In this document: in pieces, positions 13,142-25,620 of the stretch
Layout: the number at the start of each line of letters is the position of its first letter
Position numbering within the stretch: the first letter of the stretch is position 1
Assembly (NCBI RefSeq): GCF_006345805.1
Contig: NC_043005.1
Span: forward strand, 91,016,001-91,080,000
Source of the DNA: Octopus sinensis
Taxonomy: Eukaryota
Length of the DNA: 64,000 bases
Direction of reading: 5' to 3'
Notes under the pieces: generated by a model
Told to the model about the DNA's origin: nothing
Database searches by the model: none
What the model saw: the letters and a program-made list of their open reading frames with translations, nothing else
Program-made: the position numbers and the translations under genes

Positions 13142-13515
13142 ATAGAGCGGTTGCATACTATCAACTTAATGTGACAGTCCCATAGAGGGAATTACACCAC
13201 CGTTATTTATCCCTAGGAAGCAACAATGCAAATATGTCAGCCTTGACACATTTCCTGTGTCTTTATGTTTACAAAGGGGAGACAAGCACCCCCAACAGCT
13301 AGGCCTGCATCCAGAGACATATTTCTGAGTCTTGCTCGTCGTCAGTCTGGAGTAGCATGGCCTGCTAGCTGAAGATACCTGTCTAGGCTTTGTAAGGACA
13401 CAGGAAATGTGTCACGGCCGACAGGAAGCGTTGATGCTTCCTAGGGCTAAATAGCGGTGGTGTAATTCCCTCTATGGGTCTGTCACGTTAAGTTGACAGT
13501 ATACAACTGCTCTAT
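13142..13515. mobile_element. Foldback/MITE-like element, ~170-bp inverted arms, hammerhead motif at the apex
   Basis: 13142-13315 aligns to the reverse complement of 13346-13515 along its full length; TA at both ends. Confidence 0.85.
13310..13351 (-). ncRNA. Type I minimal hammerhead ribozyme motif (sense to Rab18 intron 2)
   Basis: Minus strand reads TCCAGA-CTGACGA-CGAGCAAGACTCA-GAAA-TAT-GTC-TCTGGA: 6-bp stem I, core, GAG/CTC stem II, GUC triplet; C-A mismatch at the base of stem II. Confidence 0.7.
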
Positions 13516-14328
13516 ATATATATACACACACACACACACACATACATACATACACACACACAGGTGTGCGCGCGCACACACACACACACACACACAGAGG
13601 TTTATATATTTTCCAAGACATGTCACAGGACTATGGTTAACTAGGTATATTTCATTTTGGCATAGCTTCTATTGCTGGATGCCCTTTCTAATACTAATCA
13701 TCATAAAGAGACACTAGGTTCAATTTCTAATAACTCCATTACTAGACAAGTTGTCTTGTTTTTAGCAAAAGTATCTTCCCTACTTTATGGTGTCTCAGCT
13801 CATTCACCAGCCACTTCACACAGTGTACTGTTTGCCTTGTATTGTGACACCAGCACTGCAAAACAAAACAGCCTTCTCTAAATGAAGTTGTGGCTGTTCA
13901 TTCAAAATATACATGACCAAGAGAGTAAATAAAAAAAAATATGTATATGAATGTGATTTGTTAGACAGAGTGAAATTTTGAAAGTGTGGACTATAAAAAC
14001 TTGTGAATAAAGTATGCATTCAATTAGATTGCAAAGCAATTAAACTGTAAACGGAATATAACAATGCAAAATCATGTAAGAAAGTTATGTATAAGCATAT
14101 ATTTCTATATATGAAGAGCTTTTTTGTTGCTAGCAGTACAGAAAAGCAACATCATTGTCATCATTGAACAGCCACTTTTCCATGTTTGCATGGGTTGGAC
14201 GGTGTTTATTTCAGGCAGATTTTTCTATGACCAGATACTTTTCCTGATTCCAAGCAGGGTAATATTGGAAATAAATGACACTGAATATTGGACATTCATT
14301 TCCACCTTTAAATGATGTCAAGACAAGG

Positions 14329-14365
<37 letters not shown>

Positions 14366-14789
14366 GAACATGCTTCTTTCAGTTTCAGTCCAAATCCACT
14401 CACACAACTTTGGTCATCCCAGTCCATGGCTATCATAGAAGACACTTGACCATTGACCAAAGTGCTACGTAGTGGGATTGAAACTAAAACTATGTGGTTG
14501 GGAACCAAACTTCTTACCATACACCCACACCTGCACCTAAAAAAAGGCAAAGGTCTGATACTGTACAGCAAAATCAAATAAATACATTATGGTATTATCA
14601 ATAAGACAGCTTATAATGGTACTTGGTGGAGGGATTTACACCAAAGTTCAAATTTTAAGTTCAAGTCATAAGAACACTGGGACTGAATGAGAAGCTTTTC
14701 CCATAGACATGGCTGACAACAAAGCTTCAGCCTGGAACTTCTATGGCAATAGAAAGGGGCTCAATCCAAGACTGATAAATTGATATCGA

Positions 14790-15900
14790 ATGTATGATGC
14801 TTTTTCTCGAAGCAAATATATTTCTGAAATCGGTTACAAATTTTTTTTCTGGCTGACGAAAAGCCAATCTGATAAATCCAAGTTTGGAAATTACGTTCAG
14901 TCAATCTAATGTAAAATTATTACCTTAGTGCAATACAATAATAATTTTGCCAGGAAATTATGATCATGAAGGCAATTTTCCAATATTTTTTAACTTGTAA
15001 AGGAATAAGCAAAGTTTTTACATGCAGAATAGTTCACTTTAATGTGATTTCAGTTGAAGATTTTATGGTACTTTGTGATTTATTTGAAAATGATAAGAGA
15101 TCAAGCCAAGAAACTCTTTTGCTATGTTAGATTTCACATTTAAGCTGAACACAGGGTTATATCACAGAATTTTACATCTCCTGTTCCTGCACTTCAAGGT
15201 ATTAGATCCTGGTGGATATTGTATCTTCTCAAAGAATTCTTTGTTTTTGAGGGCTGTGTTATAATAGTGAGAGACACTTATGAATGTGGATTTATCTGCA
15301 AGTAAAGACGATATACACACAGACTAATGCTGGAGACTAAATTATACAAAATTCTAAGTGTATGGTTAGAACTCTTATTTCTCTAACAATTTGTTATTAA
15401 GCATATTCTGTAGTTTAAGCTTACTTCTATAAAGATCCAGGATGATGTCTAAAAACATTGACATTATTAAAATTAGTGTCTTCAGTAATACATAATCTTA
15501 ATTCACTAAATAGCTTTATTAGTTTCTTTCTAAATGTTTCTAGGCCATGTCTATTGATATATCTCAAAATGAATAATCCATCATCTCTATAAATACCTCT
15601 AACAGTAGGAAATTTTTTATGTAGAAGGTTTAGGATATAGATGCCTATAAGATAATACAACTGAGCCCCATAATATGAATGTCAAATAGTTCACTTCCAA
15701 TTTTCTTGACCCAGATGGAATTATCAAACAACAGTACGAAACATTCTCACATACACTATATAAATATTGGACTCACTAATCTTAGCGTTTATGAAGTCCA
15801 AAACTTTGAAAAAAGCCTTAGAGATTGTAAGATAAAAGAATGATGTAAAACTGAGTGCATTTACAATTTTGTTCATCATGGAACCCTTGAAACCATTCTG
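14790..15900 (-). mobile_element. Degenerate Penelope-like element (RT plus GIY-YIG-like remnants)
   Basis: RGIYRDDGLF in ORF 15427..15660; upstream IWVKKIGSELFDI; downstream frameshifted NP-FSLNVKSNIAKEFL and HKIFN-like segments. Confidence 0.75.
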
Positions 15901-16259
15901 AACTGATGCCCCCTAAAGGGGGGAAAGGATAATTGCATTTTTTACTCTAAGAATATTTGCTCGTCAACTATTCCTAATCCAAGGTTTGTTAAGTTAACTA
16001 ATGTCCATTTGGAGATCATAATGAAACTTAGCTTGTGATCTTAAAACACAATATATACACTGAGTGGATGTGGGGGTGGTTAGGTAGTCAACACTGCCAT
16101 CTATACTAAGTTTAGCAGCAAATTCTTTGGCTTCTATATTAATGCTTGTGTCAGCTCTGGTTTTTTTGTTTTATATATATATATATTATTATTATTAGTT
16201 ATATTATAGATAAAAGCTTGCTCTCATTCCCCATACACACATGCGTGCATGTCTCAAAG

Positions 16260-17450
16260 AAATACTAGGTGACATGGTATGTTAAGGAGGAAAAGACAGG
16301 GATCTATAGCAAAAAGGGCAATTGGAAGTTTCTAGGACATAACCTGCTATAAACAACAGACCAGATCTGTGGATGGTACAAGGTTCCAGCCAGACATAAA
16401 GGGATATGGTGATGAGATGGTACATGAAATAGAGCCATAACAGCTAAGAGGCAAGCCTGGAAAGACTGGGGTAAAAGAGGGAGCATAGAACAATATTAGG
16501 ATGCTATAAGGAAAGCTAAATATCAGATGTATGAAAATGAGAAGCTGAAAGTTTTGGAGGTCTACTAAAGTTGTATACTAAGAGTATAGAAGGCCTGAGG
16601 TGTTCTGGATAGAAAAGCAGTGCATCAGTGTGAATTGAAGGGAAAAGTAGATGAAAAGAAAAGCATGTACAAAATGATAACACACTTGCTGTCACTAACT
16701 GTGAGAAGAAAGAGACTAAAAAATTTTACTAGAAGTGTTTGTTGAATGAAAAGATTGTGTAGGAGAAAGAAGGATTACCACAAGAAAACCCAAAAGCGGA
16801 AGGTTGAGAGTTATATGGTTGATAACTATATGAAGATAAACAGCTTTTGAGTCATGTAAGCCATGTAAAGAGGTGTTGTTAGCAAGGAAAGAATTGGCAA
16901 CAAGTTCAATGAGGAAGTTAGCTTGCGGGTAAGTGTCTATCAGAACTCAGATCTCAGGTCCCTCATTTTTTTATATATTTCTGGAGGGCATAACAGATTA
17001 GAAGTAGCCATGCTCAATATGAAGTAAATGGGTGGGTAGAAATTTCATATTGTGTACCTAATGTAAACTATGGGTACACAAAAGATGCAATGAGATCTCA
17101 GGCAAAAGAGTAGACTTTGTATGTAGCAGAGGCACAAGTACAGTTTGCAGTTAAGACCATCTGTGAAATAAATCAATTTTCAAATACTTGAAAGGCTCCA
17201 TAAAAGTAGTTGATGGCGTCTGTTCCCAAGATGACAGACAGAATAAGATCAAAATGGAAAAGTTCAGGGAACCATAAGTTCAGCTGGCAACAAAAAAGAT
17301 TCTTCCCCTAAGTGAAGATCAGATTATATACTTCCAGTATATGGTGTGCAATTTTGCATGATGGAGAAACATCAGCTTTGAATACAAATGATGTGGAAAG
17401 GCTGCAAAAAAATGGAGCAAGTAAACACCACTTATGTATAGTGCTAGTGT
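16260..17450 (+). mobile_element. Highly eroded copy of the RTE-like LINE
   Basis: RAITAKRQAWKDW-like and KVVD..C..-like patches resembling the 58030-59285 family. Confidence 0.55.
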
Positions 17451-19172
17451 ATACAAGTAACATAGAATAGTGGAAGTGCATGGCTTAGTGGTTAAGGTGT
17501 TGGACTCGTGATTGTAAGATTGTGGTTTCAATCTCTAGACCAGGCAATGTGTTGTGTTCGTCATTTCACATTACTCCAGTCCACTCAGCTGGCAGAAATG
17601 AGTAATCCTGTGATGGACCAGCATCCCATCCATGTGGGGAATATATACATCATGAAACTAGGAAACCAGCCCTTGTGAGTCGGTGTGACTCAAAAAGGTA
17701 ACTTTACCATACTTTTTTTAACTTAGAATAAATAAACTGAATTTAAGAAGAATCAAGAGAGAAACTGTTCTGGCATAGATGTATCTAGGGGATGATAAAT
17801 GGATAAAAAAAAGTATCAAGGAATTCCAGTGGAAAGAAGGAACCAACAGAAAAGGTAACTGAGGAAGAAATGGGAATAAGTGGTGAAGGCTGACAAAGGA
17901 CAGTGATAAGTAGCAAGACACTGTACTGGTGAAGACCTGTCCAAGTCATGCAAGCATAAAAAAATGTGTAGAAGTGATGATGGTAATGGTGGCAGTGCTG
18001 GTAATGCTGATGGTGATGATGATCATGATGATGGTGATGTAATGATAAGACTATCAGACAGAAAAGCAAGTAAAGAATATAAACTGATTATAGAGATGTA
18101 TATTAAAAAGGGAAATAGTTTCCTTCCTTCCTTCCCCCCCCCTCTCTCTCTCTCTCTTTCTCAGCAGCTGCTGCATCAGCAACAATTGCATCCAACTTTT
18201 TATTACCTCTTTACCAATCAACATATACACTTATAATCATGTCTTTATGATCCTTTGATATTGCTTTCCCTGGCAGCTTACAACTTAGTACCTAAGAAGC
18301 TCTATCAACTTCTTTCTCTGGCTGTGTTTCAACTAATGCCTTACACGCCCTAATAAGTCATTCAACTGAAAATAAAAAGCTCATGTTCCTTAGCTTAGTC
18401 CTTTTCCCTGTAACCTTTTTTTATTAATACATAAAACTGCTGCTGCTGTTAAACCCCGGATTAGCTCTGATTGAACAGTTATATATCCAGAACTGAATTG
18501 TGTGATTTATGAACTCTATTGTGGATGGTGGATGCCAGTGCCACCTTGACTGGCTTCTGTGCCGGTGGCACATAAAAGGCACCCACTACACTCATGGAGT
18601 GGTTGGCGTTAGGAAGGGCATCCAGCTGTAGAAACATTGCCAGATCAGATTGGAGCCTGGTACAGCCTCCTGGTTCGCAGACCCAGGTCAAACCGTCCAA
18701 CCCATGCTAGCATGGAAAACGGATGTTAAATGATGATGATGATGATGATTGTGTGATTTATGGGAGATTTGGCTTGATGTTTCTTTTTATTTGTAATTAT
18801 GGAAATCCCAAGGTAAAATAATTGTCTAATAGACTGTGCAGCCAGGAGTTTAATTTATATAATTCATATAACCTTGATTAAAAACAGAAACAACTATGTA
18901 TCAAGTGCAACAGCCTGATTAGGTTTCAAATACTTGATATTCAGATTATTATTACTTTTTCAATTGTGGCAAGTAGTTTGCTATGGTAATAAATTGTCAA
19001 TGGCTAGAACTTGCAACCCAGTTTAGTTTGTCTATTAGAATGGTTTCTGTTATAAAGCTAACACCCTGAATTAAGCCAGCAATGTTAAAACTTTATATAA
19101 GCCTTTATTTTAAACTCATGGCACTTCAGGCCGAGGAGAATTATTTGCAAAACAAAGAAAGGCATCACTTAC

Positions 19173-19228
19173 CTATAGTGGAAGCTTGCTCTGGATCAAA
19201 TGTATCATCAGTAAAACGTAGCAACAGA
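19173..19228 (-). CDS. RAB18: Rab18 coding exon 2 ((S)LLLRFTDDTFDPEQASTI(G))
   Basis: Acceptor CTTCTCTTTCAG|T, donor G|GTAAGT; 56 nt; Rab switch I region; frame continuous with exons 1 and 3. Confidence 0.96.
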
Positions 19229-20199
19229 CTGAAAGAGAAGGAAAATTGTGGTTAGGAGAAAAATATTATAAATATGATCTTACAAAATTGAAGTGACTGT
19301 CTGTATGTGTCAGAAGTATAACACACATCAGCAGATCATCTAAGCAAAAGAAAGGAAGATTTGTAGTAAACTGGATAATTATGATACAGAACATCTGAAG
19401 TGGATGAGACAAAGTGTCATACTTAAAGGTATAACATGACTGGTGAGACAGAAAACCTGTAGTGATCAATAAACAATAATTATGATTTTGCAGGACAGTT
19501 AAATCTGCAATACTGTACTGACAATAAAAGCAGAGCAATTTTCATTGACTGGAAATGAACACAATTGTATGACAGCATAATTAGGGAGAAATGAGTTGAA
19601 TATGGTTTTATAAATGTGGAACCTAAATATGAATGGAAACTAAGTAAAGACCAATTGAGAATGAGTTTACATATTAGAAACATTGGTTAGTGGATTCAAA
19701 TGTGTAATGATAATGATTGTTAGGAAATAACTTAGATTAGATTTTGGTTTGTTAACACTGACAAATAAGTTGAAATAAAACACAGTCAACTGAAGACAGA
19801 TCTGCCTAGCATATACCAGTTTCAAAAGTGAACTTTAAGACAATGAATGGAAAATAGAAAATTAAAAAAAAGATGAATGTTGGAAAAAATATGAGATTAT
19901 TTTGAATACAATTATATAGAGAAAATACCATCGGTTTTAGTTTTAATAGATTGCAGATGTTAAAATAAACTGTCTACTACCAATGTCTATTCAAAATTTG
20001 GCAGGATTACACTAAAATATAGGTACACAAAGAAGAGCAAAGATCAGCGAACTCAAAACAAACTGCCATGCAGTTATGTACACAGGTCCAAAATATTTTC
20101 ACAAAATCAAAACATTTGCAGGATAATCAAAGTTATTGTAAATGATCACCACCCTATCTTATTTTATATTTCATCTTTCTCTATTCACAAAAAGAAAAA

Positions 20200-20610
20200 T
20201 AAATCACTGGTATGTGTTATAATAATGAAATTATTGTATACAGTGCTCAGGTGCACCACTTGTCAAAAGTGCATATAAAGCATATGCAGTAATGTACAAA
20301 TGTCTGGAAAGTGAACAGTGTATGAGTCAGATACATGCTTGCATGTGTATGGAGGTGAGAAAATCAGGTGTAGTGTTGGCGAATCTCAGGAAGCATGGAA
20401 GTTTTGAAGGATGCAGTGCTCCAACAACTAACAACTGATGCCGGCAGTTTGTTCAATACTTCAGCAACTCTTAGCATGAAAAAATGTTTCCGAAAGTCAT
20501 GGGAGCTGTGTTGTTTTCTGACTTTGTAAACATGTCCACGGGTGTTAGGTGGAGTTTGAAAAGGTGCTCAGAGTTATTGTTTGTAAGATGGTTAATAATT
20601 TTATAAAGAA
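20200..20610 (-). mobile_element. CR1-group LINE 3' end
   Basis: YKIINHL..NTRGHVYKVRKQHSSHDFRKHFFMLRVAEVLNKLPASVV..ASFK, a typical CR1 ORF2 C-terminus. Confidence 0.8.
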
Positions 20611-21007
20611 CCAGATCTTATAGGCGCAGGAGTGGCTGTATGGTAAGTAGCTTGCTAACCAACCACATGGTTCCGGGTTCAGTCACACTGCGTGGCATCT
20701 TGGGCAAGTGTCTTAGCACATTGGAATTTTGGTGCTTATTAATTAATTTTGAGCAGTTTGATTAATTTCTAATGGGTTTGATTAATTAAAACAGGCAGAC
20801 CCCCCCTGGCACCTGTGCAGGTGGCACGTAAAAAGCACCCACTACACTCGCGGAGTGGTTGGCGTTAGGAAGGGCATCAAGCTGTAGAAACACTGCCAGA
20901 TCAGACTGGAGCCTGGTGCAGCCTCTTGGCTTCCCAGACCCCAGTTGAACCGTCCAACCCATGCTAGCGTGGAAAACGGACGTTAAACGATGATGATGAT
21001 GATGATG

Positions 21008-21041
<34 letters not shown>

Positions 21042-21779
21042 TTGTGTGACTGTGTTTGTCCCCCTAGCATTGCTTGACAACCGATGCTGGTGTGTTTACG
21101 TCCCCATCACTTAGCGGTTCGGCAAAAGAGACTGATAGAATAAGTACTGGGCTTACAAAGAATAAGTCCCGGGGTCGATTTGCTCGACTAAAGGCGGTGC
21201 TCCAGCATGGCTGCAGTCAAATGACTGAAACAAGTAAGAGAGTAAGAGAGAGAGTTATGTCACACACAAATGGTTTCTTTTCTTTTAAACTTTAATGAAG
21301 GAAAATTGTAGATCTTGACAGCAATACAACAGTGTCAGGCATAAGAATCTGATAAAATATTTGACAATGTGCTACATCCATTACTAATAATCTTCATTAA
21401 AAATTTCCTGATAGAACCAACCAACACAACACTGACAAAATTCTGTAGCATCCTCATTCTATCAGTAAAGTTCTGTCATTTCTCCCACACTTGTTCTTCT
21501 TCTTTACATTAATGACTTAGTAAATGCCAACTCTCGCTTCATGTACACCTATATGGATGACATGGCACTTCAACCCTTTCTCTTACTCTCTCTCTTTTAC
21601 TTGTTTCAATCATTTGACTGTGGCCATGCTGGAGCACTGCCTTTAGTTGAGCAAATCGACCCCAGGACTTATTCTTTGTAAGCCTAGTACTTATTCTATC
21701 GGTCTCTTTTGTCGAACCGCTAAGTTTCGGGGACGTAAACGCACCAGCATCAGTTGTCAAGCGATGTTGAGGGAGGGGA

Positions 21780-21782
21780 CAA

Positions 21783-21819
<37 letters not shown>

Positions 21820-22313
21820 CAATGGGCTTCTTTCAGTTTCCATCTTCCAAATCCACTCAAAGGCTTTGTTCAGCCCGAGGTTATGGTAGAAGACACTTGC
21901 CCAAGGTGCCACGCAGTGGAACTGAACCCGGAACCAAGTGGTTGGTAAGCAAGCTACTTACCACACAGCCACTCTTAAGCCTATATCTCTATATAAAATT
22001 ACACAAATTACTGAATAGAGATCTCAAAAATCATCTCATAACAAAGAACTGGCAATCTGGTCACTCCAAAACTACAAACAGTACACATAAAAAAATATCA
22101 TTTATCTTTTACTTGTTTCACTCGTTAGACTGCACTCATGCAGGAGCACTGTCTTGAAGAATCTTTAGTCTCATGAATCAAACCTGCTACAGGTTTTTTT
22201 GTTAAGCCTTGTACTTATTCTATCAAACTCTTTTGCCAAACTGCTAAGTTATGGGGGACATAAACACAACCAACACTGATTATCAAGTCATGGTGGGGGA
22301 CAAACAGACACAA

Positions 22314-22348
<35 letters not shown>

Positions 22349-22860
22349 CAATGGGCTTCTTTCAGTTTCCATCTTCCAAATCCACTCAAAGGCTTTGTTC
22401 AGCCCGAGGTTATGGTAGAAGACACTTGCCCAAGGTGCCACGCAGTGGAACTGAACCCGGAACCAAGTGGTTGGTAAGCAAGCTACTTACCACACAGCCA
22501 CTCTTAAGCCTATATCTCTATATAAAATTACACAAATTACTGAATAGAGATCTCAAAAATCATCTCATAACAAAGAACTGGCAATCTGGTCACTCCAAAA
22601 CTACAAACAGTACACATAAAAAAATATCATTTATCTTTTACTTGTTTCACTCGTTAGACTGCACTCATGCAGGAGCACTGTCTTGAAGAATCTTTAGTCT
22701 CATGAATCAAACCTGCTACAGGTTTTTTTGTTAAGCCTTGTACTTATTCTATCAAACTCTTTTGCCAAACTGCTAAGTTATGGGGGACATAAACACAACC
22801 AACACTGATTATCAAGTCATGGTGGGGGACAAACAGACACAAACACACACACATATATAT
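21780..22860. repeat. Tandem duplication, 529-bp unit
   Basis: Identical 111-aa ORF translations at 21822 and 22351; unique inter-SINE sequence repeated at an offset of 529. Confidence 0.95.
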
Positions 22861-25589
22861 ATGATGGGTATCTTTCAGTTTCCATTTACCAAATCCACTC
22901 ACAAGGCTTTAGTCAGCCCAAGGTTATAGCAGAAGACACTTGCCCAAGGTGCCACACAATAGGACTGAACCTGGAACCATGTGGTTGGGAAGCAAGCTCC
23001 TTATCACACAGCCACAAAACTACATTCATACTAAAAATAAACATGCAACTAAAACCTATGCTACATACAAATGTTAAATTCTATAATCTCTGTTGAGCTC
23101 TCATAGCAAACACACCTATATTACAAAGCCAAAATTGCATCACAGAAAAATAGGTTCCTTTAAAAGTGGCACAAAATACTTCATCCTCAAATCTGTTGAT
23201 CTTTTACAAATTGTAATATTCATATTTGGAGGCCAATCACCTATGCTATATCATGGACATAAATATTATGCCCCTTAAATCAAGAGTGGGAAAATTTCAT
23301 TCACAATCAAATTTGAGACCAGCTCTAATAAAGTCTCTAAAAACCCATAAAAAAATGTTGGAACCATCTTTTATCTTTTACTTGTTTCAGTCATTTGATT
23401 GCATCCATGCTGGGGCACCACCTTGAAGGGTTTCAGTTGAACAAATCGACCTGCTGATTTTTTTTTCCCTAAGCCTAGTACTTATTCTATTGGTTATTTT
23501 TGCTGAACCGCTAAGTTATAGGGACATAAACATCCTAGCACTGATTATCAAGCGGTGGTGGAAAACAAACAAAGACACACCTACACACAAACACACACGC
23601 ACATATATATGAGCTGCTTTCAGTTTCCAACTACCAAATACACTCACAAGGTTCAAGGCTATAATAGAAGACACTTGCTCATGGTGCCATGCAGTGAGAC
23701 TAAACCAGGAGCTATGTGGTTGTGAATCAAGCTTCTTACCACACAGCTACACCTAAGAACAAAGCAATAATTAGTTTGCATATGAATGAATTAGTGACAT
23801 TAAAGGTTTATTATTTTCACAGTACAGATGAGCCCAAAAATATTCATATCTTCAATTCATCTGTGGTAGTGAAAATGGTTCTGTGCCTTTACTCTAAATG
23901 TGAATAATCTTAACAAGTCCATTATCAGAACTGAACATAAAATTAAGATTAATGGTGCTTTCTAGACATGTTGATTATTTTTCCTTAGTTACATATAAAA
24001 CCACTCTGGAAAAAAAGTATAATGAAATGTTTCCTCCCAAAATTGATAAAGGAACAAAGTATAACCTCAAGAATGAGTACATCTACATAATATTTGCATG
24101 CTTAATACTTGCAGAATGATATTTGCAAGCCACCTACTTCTCTCTCTTCCCAACCTCCCTTATCAATCATCCCTCAACACATGTTCATAATATTCACCCT
24201 CTCCCTCATTCCTTATCTCTAACTCACCCTCATGCTCTTGTAACCTATACCTACCTACACTTCCTGTTCTGTCCCCACCCACTTCATATTCTGAGGGTTC
24301 ACTCTGACATCAAATCACCACTATTTTTTTTATATCTTTCCATCTCCATTCTGTTCACTCACACCCTCTCTTCTATAATGTAAGTAGCTGCTTACCTCCC
24401 CTACAGCAAAAAAACTTGTTCTGTTCAGCCCCCTTCTCTTTCACTTTAACCCTCTCATATAGCATAAAACTGCCTCCTGGAAGGGATCTCAGTTTTGCAA
24501 ACTGCAAGGAGACCAAACTAGTGCTGGTACAACAAAAAAAAAGAAAGAAGCACAGAGTACATGTTGCAAAACGGTTGGTATTAGGAAGCATAACTAGCTG
24601 TAGAAGCCATGCCAAAGCAAAAATCAAGGTATGATGCAGTCTTCGAACCCAGTGGATCCTGCTAAGTGGTCTAACTTATGCTGCACGGAAAATTAAGATG
24701 GGACATTAACCCTTAAATGGCTGACATCATCAATTGCCATTTAATTAGAGAATAGTAGATGTCATCCATTGAAGTTTCAAAACTTTTTCATGGCTTTGGC
24801 CATTACCAATTGATACCCAAGTGTCTACTTTGTCAAATGCACGAAGCATAAGTGATCCTTATTGATGGGAGAAATCAAATCACAAATGGAAAATTTATAG
24901 TGTTGTGACTTCCCTTCATCATCAGCAGTAGATGATGATGAGGATGCTCTAGATAGAGCAGAAGAAAGTGATGCTTCAAGTATCTTTGGATGGAAATGGT
25001 GCATTGATTTTTCTCCATTTGTACTTTCTTTTGGCAACAACATGGGAATCTAAAATGAAATTATGCTCAAGCCAGATATGCAAAGGAAAGTGAATATTTT
25101 AAGGCACTTTCTGATAACGAGATTGTAAATTTTTATAGTTTTTGCCCTATTGGCTCATACATTCATGCAACATTTTCTTGTCATTTAAGGTTCCTAGGGG
25201 TTCCGTGAGAAAGAGTGAGATAAGCTAATGCTAATTTCATGATCATAATATTACTATGCATGCACAACATATTCTTGGTTATTGTAATACTCTTTTCTAC
25301 TCTAGGCAAAAGGCCCTAAAATTTTAGGGAGGGGGCCAATCGATTAGATCGACCCAGTATGCAACTGGTACTTTATCAACCCCAAAAGGATGAAAAGCAA
25401 AGTCGACCTCGGCGGAATTTGAACTCTGAACGTAAAGACAGACAAAATACTGCTAAGCATTTCACCCAGCATGCTAACGTTTCTGCCAGCTCGCCACCTT
25501 ATGGTTATTGTAATATAGACATCATCCTATCTAACCTTATTATGTTATCAAAAAATATAACAACCATATATATATATATGTAAACAACC

Positions 25590-25620
<31 letters not shown>

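Noticed and set aside
21822-22686. Duplicated 111-aa gene
   Set aside because: Antisense SINE sequence inside a tandem duplication; the same peptide fragments recur at every SINE copy
24825-25043. Ser-rich 72-aa ORF as an alternative exon or nested gene
   Set aside because: No recognisable homology or convincing splice-site pair; neighbouring sequence looks like decayed DNA-transposon ends
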